Sequence record: PV037725.1
Direction: 5' to 3' (one strand)
DNA length: 64,000 bases
Below the pieces are notes generated by a model. It saw only the letters and a program-made list of their open reading frames with translations, was not told the origin of the DNA and made no database searches. Below, one piece after another: positions 56,644 to 64,000 of the stretch. The translations under genes were made by a program, and so were the position numbers. The stretch's first letter is position 1; each line of letters starts with the position of its first letter.

Positions 56644-58767
56644 CTACTTTGGGAGTTCAACCTCTACCTGCTCACCTTTCGACTTCAGGTATGCTTTCAG
56701 TAGAACATCCAGACGCGGTGCCTTAAGAACCTTCTGAGCGATCTCAATTGCGTTAGTGCGACTACCAGTCAGGTTAACACCCAACTCACGTTTAGTAGAG
56801 TCAGACACACCTTGTAGCGCGGCTGTTTCCATAAGCGTTGTTTCACGAGCAATGTTCAAGATCTGACTAACGTTTGGATATGTCGATACAATGTCCAAGT
56901 CAGCTACGTGGGCAAAGATCAGAGATCGGTAGTTAGGGAAGTCCTTAACACACTTAATCCCATTAGGTCCCGTCATGTAGGCTGGCAGTGTTACAATCCA
57001 ACCATCATGACCCACTACGTACTGATCGAGTTCATGTAGCATCTGGTCAGAGCTAGAACCGATTACGCAAGGTTCTTCACGGTTGAGATACCAGAAGTGC
57101 ATGTCGTCACAGAGACGTTTAGGGTTAGAGTTAAAGTTCTTATAATCAGAGCTTTTAGAGAACAGGGTAATCGAACTACCCAAGTCACTGATCTTCTCAT
57201 CGAGTTGTTCCAGTCGAATGCTATCGATGATGTTGTAAAGGCCATAACGGACTTTATGCTTCGATTGCATCTCACGGTGCCACTCGATCCCGAACAGGTG
57301 ATCGGTTTCTGCAAACTTCAACTTACCAAAGTTCAGCTTGAAGGATACCTTAAACCCAGGCTGTACGTTTACGCCCCATACTAACTCATCAACCGATTCC
57401 CAATAAGGTTCACGTATTTCGGTGATGTTATCACCTTCACTGAGGTCGTAGATAACCGATGCATCATCGTCATCTTCAAAGTCAGGAACCGAATCATTTT
57501 CGTCGTCCTCTTCGTCGTCAGGTTCTTCCTCTTCGTCGTCTTCAACGCCAGAATAATCAACTTCAGTTTTAAAGGTGACGGTATCGTTGATTGGGTTAGA
57601 GACTGCCCAATAAGGGTGTGCACCAGAGCGGTCAGCGATAGCCTTGTTAGCACTCTTAATGAATGCCTTCAGGTCTTCCTCAGTTTTAATCTCAGCTTCT
57701 TCATCAACGCTGAGTTCTTTCTTAAGGATTGCATCCAACGCATAGCTCGGTTCTTTACCTTTAGCCAGTCGAGTTACACGATAGACCGCCATACTGTCAA
57801 GACACTGAAAGCTAGCCGGTGCGGTAATCCAGTGCCATTGGTCTTCTGGACCTTTAGACTTGGTTACACCTGATGCCGTAGTCGACATTGGGTCATCGTA
57901 CTTATAATGGAACTTACGATACTCAGGTGGAATGCTTGGATCACTAAACACGTCAGCTGGATCAATACCCGCATCTTCCAGAGTCTTCAAGATTCGACTA
58001 ATGTCGAAGTTGATGTTCCAGAAAGCAAAGAAGTCAGGCTTCCATTCATGTAGGCGTTTCATGCACTCGATAACGATATCGGCAGAGGTCTCTACTACGA
58101 CCACTTTAATATCAAGCTCACGCGCTTTACGCAGTGTAACCAACTCAGGGATACGCTCGAGTTCTTCAAACGTCTCAGCTACAGGATCTTTGAGGTCACT
58201 TACCCATTCTTTCAGGTAAGCCAAGAATACGTTCTTCTTGTGGGTAACAGACATACAGATGATCTGACCGTCCTTATCCTTGTGGATAACGTTGGTCTCA
58301 ATGTCACCGCCTGCTACTGTGTTACGAGAGATCAGATCTGGCGCGGCTGTTTGGTAATCGTGTTTCAAACAACATACGCTGGATACGTCACTACCGTACA
58401 GATAAGGACTACGTGCCAATTGCTTAGGACGAGGGTTAGGACCCATCGAGTAGTCTCTCAACGCTTTGGCTACAGCGTAGTTCATCTTAGACTGGGTAGT
58501 CTTAAACTTACGTAATTGATTAACGGGCATGTAATCCCGCTTCTCTTTGTAAGTACGTAGGCGTTCTTCCTTGTAGGCCATTGGGTCTACATAGAAAGTT
58601 CTTTCGTAGTTAGGGATAATCTTGATACGTGGTATACGTCGCTTGTCCTTTAGATGGACAACCTCCTTAACTACGTGAATGTCATTACGACCACCTTTCT
58701 CGGTTACATAGGTGATGTGTTTGGCTTCTACGCCTACCACATCCTCTTTGCTGTATTGCTCGTCCAT
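56644..58767 (-). CDS. split family-B DNA polymerase, 3'-5' exonuclease + motif A subunit (phiKZ gp82-like)
   Basis: ExoI DIET, ExoII WNINFD, ExoIII YNIID, PolB motif A DLDIVSTYP. Confidence 0.9.
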   Translation of the reverse strand: MDEQYSKEDVVGVEAKHITYVTEKGGRNDIHVVKEVVHLKDKRRIPRIKIIPNYERTFYVDPMAYKEERLRTYKEKRDYMPVNQLRKFKTTQSKMNYAVAKALRDYSMGPNPRPKQLARSPYLYGSDVSSVCCLKHDYQTAAPDLISRNTVAGGDIETNVIHKDKDGQIICMSVTHKKNVFLAYLKEWVSDLKDPVAETFEELERIPELVTLRKARELDIKVVVVETSADIVIECMKRLHEWKPDFFAFWNINFDISRILKTLEDAGIDPADVFSDPSIPPEYRKFHYKYDDPMSTTASGVTKSKGPEDQWHWITAPASFQCLDSMAVYRVTRLAKGKEPSYALDAILKKELSVDEEAEIKTEEDLKAFIKSANKAIADRSGAHPYWAVSNPINDTVTFKTEVDYSGVEDDEEEEPDDEEDDENDSVPDFEDDDDASVIYDLSEGDNITEIREPYWESVDELVWGVNVQPGFKVSFKLNFGKLKFAETDHLFGIEWHREMQSKHKVRYGLYNIIDSIRLEQLDEKISDLGSSITLFSKSSDYKNFNSNPKRLCDDMHFWYLNREEPCVIGSSSDQMLHELDQYVVGHDGWIVTLPAYMTGPNGIKCVKDFPNYRSLIFAHVADLDIVSTYPNVSQILNIARETTLMETAALQGVSDSTKRELGVNLTGSRTNAIEIAQKVLKAPRLDVLLKAYLKSKGEQVEVELPK

Positions 58768-58992
58768 CGTAGTGCCTCGGGTGAATAACTGTATTACATT
58801 AGGACTGCTAGTATTGTTAACCTAGGGGTTAACGGGTAGAGCACTAAGGAGTCTATTGCTAACGCAATAAGTGTATATTAAGAAATAAAGGCCTTCGGCC
58901 CATCCTATGCTCTTAGTGCACTGTCTACATTAGATCGAGACACACAGTATTTCTTCACAATCTTTATGATTCCAATTTAATAGGTTACCACC

Positions 58993-60270
58993 ATGTTAAC
59001 CAACACTATTTCACAAGAGGTCTTAGCCATTGGAGCTAAGACTCCACTTGTAGACATCTGCCTTAACTATGTTAAGAAAATGCGTGAAGCATGGCCTGAC
59101 TATCCGAATAATGACAATCGTTTTAGTTATTCAGATAAGCCATGGATTGAAGCCACTAACGAGTTCGTCAAGCTGATTCGAAATAAGGTAGGCCCTAAGA
59201 TCTCTATTGACGTCTACAGTGGACACGACTACTTCAATATGGGTGTAACATCCCAGATCTGGTTTAATGGCCACTCAGGCTCTAGATGGTATAACGACCC
59301 TAACATGAAAGTCTTCACCAAAGACGACGTTGATGTAAACGAGTCGCTCACCATTGATCTTAAGAATGTGACTGTTAAAGGGACATTGGTTGATACATTG
59401 CAGTTCAGGTTGTATTACACTGAGGCTGTGATGTTCAACAAAAGTATGTTCACGGATCAAGAAGTTGTTGCTGTGTTCCTACATGAGTTCGGACATATCT
59501 TTAACACGTTCATGACCCTAGGCGATTACGTATGGCTTAACTATTATCTGACTGACGGGATCGAGATCTTGTTGGGTAAGAAGAAGAACGTATTTAAGAT
59601 TAATATCTTATCTGATGCAGCGATCGCTAAGATGGGTATGTCTAACAAAGACGTTGATGCATTCATGAACGATCGTAATGAGGAAACCGCTAAACGGGTT
59701 ATCCTTAGTTTGGCTAAGCTCGAACCTCGTCATCATCTTACGCAGAACGATCTGTTAGCAAACCGTCGTGAAGAGCAGCTCGCTGATCTATTCGCCACCC
59801 GTCTTGGTTATGGCCGACACTTTGCCCAATTCGAATACAAGACCGCTAAGTACTTCGGTGATCCTGAATTGAGTGGTACCAACTGGGTAGCAGAAACAGC
59901 CAAGGCTGTATTCGCCGTCGCCACCTTACCTTTGACCGTTCTTTGGATTATAGGTCATGACCCACTACAAGGTGGTATGAAAGGGCGGTACGATGATCCA
60001 TTCACACGTATCACAAAGATTCGTCGTGACATGGTCGCACAACTTAAGAATCCTGGCCCATTAGATCGTGACGCTTTAGTGGCCGACATCGCGGTGTTGG
60101 ATGATGTCTTAAAAGAGTACAGTACTAACGTTTCTTTCTACGATAGTCTCATTACTTTCTTCAGACCCAACCAGCGTAAGCAGCAGCAAAATACTAAGGT
60201 CGAGAATGATCTAGAATCCCTATTTAACAATGACCTGTTCTTGCAGGCATTTAAACTCAGTAAACTCTAA
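58993..60270 (+). CDS. virion (head) protein with an HExxH metallopeptidase motif
   Basis: VFLHEFGH, downstream EEQLADLFA, one hydrophobic helix; start of the structural block. Confidence 0.7.
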   Translation: MLTNTISQEVLAIGAKTPLVDICLNYVKKMREAWPDYPNNDNRFSYSDKPWIEATNEFVKLIRNKVGPKISIDVYSGHDYFNMGVTSQIWFNGHSGSRWYNDPNMKVFTKDDVDVNESLTIDLKNVTVKGTLVDTLQFRLYYTEAVMFNKSMFTDQEVVAVFLHEFGHIFNTFMTLGDYVWLNYYLTDGIEILLGKKKNVFKINILSDAAIAKMGMSNKDVDAFMNDRNEETAKRVILSLAKLEPRHHLTQNDLLANRREEQLADLFATRLGYGRHFAQFEYKTAKYFGDPELSGTNWVAETAKAVFAVATLPLTVLWIIGHDPLQGGMKGRYDDPFTRITKIRRDMVAQLKNPGPLDRDALVADIAVLDDVLKEYSTNVSFYDSLITFFRPNQRKQQQNTKVENDLESLFNNDLFLQAFKLSKL

Positions 60271-60281
60271 GGTGAATCCCC

Positions 60282-60716
60282 ATGCGTATCGGTTTTGAAA
60301 TCGCTCGTCTCCTCAAAGAAGTTCGTTCCCAAGAAGGTAACGATCGTGCAACTCGTGCTGCAATGGTAGCTAATGCCCTTGGCTACTTCTATCCTGTTGA
60401 TCCATCCCTGAGTGCCATTGAAAATGCCGAAGTGCATATGTCAGCTGCACGTAAAGTGATTAGCCAGATCAACGAAAACCTGACCCTTGACACCAAGCTT
60501 TGCCTGGAACTGTTCAAGCAAGTCATGTTCATCCGCCTCGAACTGATTAATGGTGCCACTGATTCTTCGATCATTGAAGCCGCAATGCGTTCGCATACAG
60601 CTAACCTGCATCAGACTACCTCTGAGACTGTAGCTGTAACTGCACTGGTGACCAATCTCGAATTCGCCCGTGCTCAGAATGGTATTCGTCAGGTACTGGC
60701 CTCAGTCACGGAGTGA
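60282..60716 (+). CDS. probable virion structural protein
   Basis: 144 aa helical ORF in the structural operon. Confidence 0.65.
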   Translation: MRIGFEIARLLKEVRSQEGNDRATRAAMVANALGYFYPVDPSLSAIENAEVHMSAARKVISQINENLTLDTKLCLELFKQVMFIRLELINGATDSSIIEAAMRSHTANLHQTTSETVAVTALVTNLEFARAQNGIRQVLASVTE

Positions 60717-60720
60717 TTCC

Positions 60721-61023
60721 ATGACCGACTATGCACGTACTGTGTATCCACGAATTACCAAGGGTTACGCAAAGTCACTCATCGCTGAAGAAGAGATCAT
60801 CACCTGTCCTAAGATGTGTATGGTGGTCTGTATGGTTCGATTGACTAATGGTCATCGTTTACTTACCGATGCGATTGTGGCTAATAGTGGTTTGTTTGAT
60901 CCTGATAAAGGAACTCAGATCGCTCGCGAGAAAATGATCAACAAGATCATGGACCTTGAAATGTATCAGATGCGAACGCGCCTGACCGAAGAACGAACTA
61001 AGGAGGCCACCCATGTTGAGTGA
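60721..61023 (+). CDS. N4 Gp49 / Sf6 gp66 family protein (Acb4-like nucleotide sponge candidate)
   Basis: PRIT...SLI.EE...VVCMVRLTNGH...FDPDKGTQIAREKMINKIMDLEMY follows the family pattern. Confidence 0.7.
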   Translation: MTDYARTVYPRITKGYAKSLIAEEEIITCPKMCMVVCMVRLTNGHRLLTDAIVANSGLFDPDKGTQIAREKMINKIMDLEMYQMRTRLTEERTKEATHVE

Positions 61024-62257
61024 TGCCGAACTGTTAGACAATCAAACCCAAACACTAGAAGAAGTGTTGGACAAGCTCCACGACCGGTCTGATGAACCAC
61101 TAGAACGAGCGGTAGCCGTTGACGTTGGTACAAATGCAATTCAAGTAGCGGTTGAATGTTTGCATACCCTGGCTGATCTCACGCGCACCATCAGACGTGA
61201 AGGTGTCTCTAAAGCCGACGTACAAGCCTTACGGGCTATTCAAACAAGAATGCAACCCTACGCTAGACTTCCAACTAAAGTTGCTCTGGAAGCCTACGAG
61301 GGCCTCTTCACACCGTCTCGTACAATGATCAACCAAACAGTTTCGCAAGAAGCTAGCTTGGCTGAATTTGGTAAGACGCTGAAAGAGTGGTTCTTCATCT
61401 TTGTTGACTTCATCATCCGTGTAACGGACTGGTGTCGTAAGGTGTGGAACTCAGAAGACGTTATCCGTACTCGACTGAAAGCATTAGATACCCAGCTGAT
61501 GTCCGCTTACAACCAGATGATGCAATATGCCGAGTATAGTAAGCAGAATAAACGTGACCCATTGAGTCAGTTGGACGATCTTGCTCGTACCGTATTGAGC
61601 GATCCTAAGTTGACCCAGTCGCGTAGTATGATCATCGCCTTTAACGTAAATAAGAATACCCATGGTATTAAGAACGTTGACAGTATGATCGATCGTTACG
61701 TAGCCAACAGCTTAAAAGATATCTCCTCACTTAAGACCCACATCGAACAGAACAAACCCGGTTCGGTTAGCGGTTGGCCAGGCGTTGAGATTAATTCTTT
61801 AGCTGAACAGCTGGAACAACTGACGGTTGCCCAGGATGAGAAAGACTATCTGATCAAAGCAGTTACTCTAGACTTCTGGCGTAATCCTCGTGGTCTGGTA
61901 ACTCGTGAGATCTTTGCACCGTCCCACAACATCGAGCAAGTTCAGAAGATCGCAAAGGAAATCCGTAGCATCAAACGGAATGCCAACTTCGACGACTTAA
62001 AAGAAATCGATATTGTCGTCCAGGCTATCGATGACCTCACTAAAACCGTAAGTGGTTTGGAGCGAGTCATTAAGTTCAAGCAACAGCTTTACGCGGATTA
62101 TTACAAAGCGTCTGCAACCTACGCTAACTTCTATATTCGTGCACGTGACACTATTGCAGAAGAAGTCCGTGTGAATCTGGTGGATGACAAAATCAAGGTT
62201 GCCCTTGATAAGTTAGATAAGACCTGGGCTGAGCTTTTGAACAGCATGGGTATTTAA
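61013..62257 (+). CDS. virion head / inner-body-type structural protein
   Basis: 414 aa helical; ALE-A and SQE-A resemble prohead-protease cleavage sites; SD GGAGG. Confidence 0.65.
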   Translation: MLSDAELLDNQTQTLEEVLDKLHDRSDEPLERAVAVDVGTNAIQVAVECLHTLADLTRTIRREGVSKADVQALRAIQTRMQPYARLPTKVALEAYEGLFTPSRTMINQTVSQEASLAEFGKTLKEWFFIFVDFIIRVTDWCRKVWNSEDVIRTRLKALDTQLMSAYNQMMQYAEYSKQNKRDPLSQLDDLARTVLSDPKLTQSRSMIIAFNVNKNTHGIKNVDSMIDRYVANSLKDISSLKTHIEQNKPGSVSGWPGVEINSLAEQLEQLTVAQDEKDYLIKAVTLDFWRNPRGLVTREIFAPSHNIEQVQKIAKEIRSIKRNANFDDLKEIDIVVQAIDDLTKTVSGLERVIKFKQQLYADYYKASATYANFYIRARDTIAEEVRVNLVDDKIKVALDKLDKTWAELLNSMGI

Positions 62258-62260
62258 CGA

Positions 62261-62294
62261 CATAAAGCCCCGACCGAAAGGCCGGGGCAATATG
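62261..62294. terminator. bidirectional hairpin terminator (repeat family)
   Basis: CATAAAGCCCCGACC-GAAA-GGCCGGGGCAATATG between convergent genes. Confidence 0.8.
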
Positions 62295-62299
62295 CTGTC

Positions 62300-64000
62300 T
62301 TAGACTGGTTCGAGAGTATGACGATACCAGTTGAAAATCAGGTCGTCTTCAATGGTCAACTCTTGGTTAGGGAGTACAACCAGTTTCTGACGTACCGACA
62401 ATCGTACTGCGTCATCTTCAACCGTGATGATGGCGTAGTTGTTAGTACCACCAAGACCTTTGGTTTCGATAGCCATTACTTCATCACCAGAGGTTTCAGT
62501 CAGACGACTGGTAGCCTCAGAGATACTGATAGTACTACGTTCCAAGAACTCCGCGATGGTACTCTTAGTGTTAGCAATCAAACCTGGGCGAATGGTAGGG
62601 TTGGTATAACCCGAACGACTAAGGTAATAACTGAAGCTAAAGGACTGGTCTACTGGGATAGTGATCTGTTGACCTTCACGGATCGATGCAACGGTATCGC
62701 CGAACGTGGTGGTGGGGTACAAGAACAACTCAGCTTCACCCAACAGTCTTGAATCTAACAACTCAATGTCATTATCAATCCAAGTTACCAACTGCATCGG
62801 GATCTCTTTGGCGTAAGTCGCTGCTTCACGTTCACTAGCAAAGTAATATTTACCGTCAACCATGAACAACGTGGTTTCGTACTTAAGCTTTCGAGCAGCA
62901 ATCAAAATCGGCTGACCATCCGCGTTGTACATCGGATCACCAATACGGTGATCGTAGACAGGCTCACCAGCGTCAGTCAGTACTGGATCACCCACCCGGT
63001 GAAGGATATTGTACGACAAAGAACCATCTGGGTTGATAGTGATTACAACGTTACCGTTAGCATCGGTCTCGTAAACAGTCTGGGTGTAATAAGCTGGTAC
63101 GTTAAACTCATACTTCTTATACGACTCAGAACTAATCACTGGACGACTACGGCGCCACAGTTTCGTCATCTCATAGCCAAACACGGTTTCTAGGATTTCA
63201 CGAGTAACGCACATGAACTGGGCTGGGAGCAAATGAGTTTGCACCAGATCGTCAAGCTCGTTAGGTTTATACCCTGGTGTAACAGAGTTAACCACGCAGA
63301 TTGTAACAGCTAGGTTGGTATTCAGTGGAGCGAAGTAACCATTCTGTACAGTACTGAACATCGACATGTTAGTTGTGCGCAATGCATTACTAGCGTTAAT
63401 GTCAAAGTTAGTCATGATATCGAATTGGTAGATCGGCTCACCTTCTTGACGACCTAAGAACGTACCGTTAACAGAGGCCCAACGCGATTCACCAGCTGGT
63501 TGATAACCGATTTGTAAAACAACCTGATCGTCTTCCAGCTGCTTGAACTGCTCGCTCGTCTCAAGTACTACACGAATCCGATAACCACCTTCGATACGAT
63601 TAATGTCGTAAGAACTAATGGCTGCTTGCAGGTTAGCTGAATCGTTCTCACCCACAAACGTCTTAGTGGTGATGGTTGGATTATCCAGGTAGTAAGGGCG
63701 CATCTCAAAGTTGTCGTTAGAGATGTCCATCACGTTGTGCAGTGGCGAGTAAACGTATCGAGCGTTGTTAACTTCACGCGCACACTGTTCAGCCGGGATC
63801 GTATTAAGACGTGTAATCTCCGAGTCAGGTAAAGGTGTGACCTTACCGTTGTTGTAGTTATACAACATGCTTGGGAGAATAGTCAGTCGATTACCGTTGT
63901 CCGATACGTGAGTCGAACCGCCGAAGGAGTCCATATCGAATGTGATCTGAGACATCGCCACACCAGCACCAGACGTAATATCCAGATTACCCGTAGTCGA
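62300..64000 (-). CDS. large virion structural (baseplate-region) protein, 5'-truncated (phiKZ gp87-like)
   Basis: Frame open to the window end; beta-rich; synteny after the head genes. Confidence 0.7.
   Translation of the reverse strand, partial: STTGNLDITSGAGVAMSQITFDMDSFGGSTHVSDNGNRLTILPSMLYNYNNGKVTPLPDSEITRLNTIPAEQCAREVNNARYVYSPLHNVMDISNDNFEMRPYYLDNPTITTKTFVGENDSANLQAAISSYDINRIEGGYRIRVVLETSEQFKQLEDDQVVLQIGYQPAGESRWASVNGTFLGRQEGEPIYQFDIMTNFDINASNALRTTNMSMFSTVQNGYFAPLNTNLAVTICVVNSVTPGYKPNELDDLVQTHLLPAQFMCVTREILETVFGYEMTKLWRRSRPVISSESYKKYEFNVPAYYTQTVYETDANGNVVITINPDGSLSYNILHRVGDPVLTDAGEPVYDHRIGDPMYNADGQPILIAARKLKYETTLFMVDGKYYFASEREAATYAKEIPMQLVTWIDNDIELLDSRLLGEAELFLYPTTTFGDTVASIREGQQITIPVDQSFSFSYYLSRSGYTNPTIRPGLIANTKSTIAEFLERSTISISEATSRLTETSGDEVMAIETKGLGGTNNYAIITVEDDAVRLSVRQKLVVLPNQELTIEDDLIFNWYRHTLEPV

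Noticed and set aside
57328-57711. Intein as the explanation of the polymerase insertion
   Set aside because: No N-terminal Cys block, no HN/N-[CST] C-terminal junction, no LAGLIDADG motif; kept as an acidic insertion instead.
1-64000. tRNA, rRNA, CRISPR array, transposase/integrase
   Set aside because: I saw no cloverleaf with a T-loop/CCA, no regularly spaced direct repeats and no recombinase motifs. The GC hairpins are dispersed, not arrayed.

Overview
64 kb from a nucleus-forming jumbo phage (Chimalliviridae / phiKZ-like). PhuZ and chimallin match the Pseudomonas phage 201phi2-1 proteins closely as I recall them. The window runs from a 5'-truncated phage tubulin gene (phuZ) through the conserved core: both halves of the split family-B DNA polymerase, chimallin (chmA), four non-virion RNA polymerase subunits, an SbcD-like nuclease, probable ChmC and PicA nuclear proteins, an SF2 helicase, a virion RNAP subunit and head/baseplate genes. 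Accessory blocks of small, often tandem-paralogous genes behind early promoters (TTTCAGATTTATAT[T/C]A) sit between the core genes. A dispersed GC-hairpin terminator family punctuates the window. I saw no tRNA, rRNA, CRISPR array, intron or intein. The most interesting candidates are: (1) a -1 programmed frameshift (T-TTT-TTT plus hairpin) fusing a 540-aa ORF to an SD-less downstream ORF, like tail-chaperone G/GT pairs; (2) a multi-stem structured RNA 3' of chmA; (3) a diverged Gp49/66-family (Acb4-like) sponge, plus NADAR-like and MazG-like genes; (4) a ~125-aa acidic insertion in the DNA polymerase; (5) several tandem paralog arrays (TM + C-x18-C, two-TM proteins, others). phiKZ gp equivalences come from recalled sequence and synteny, not from database searches.
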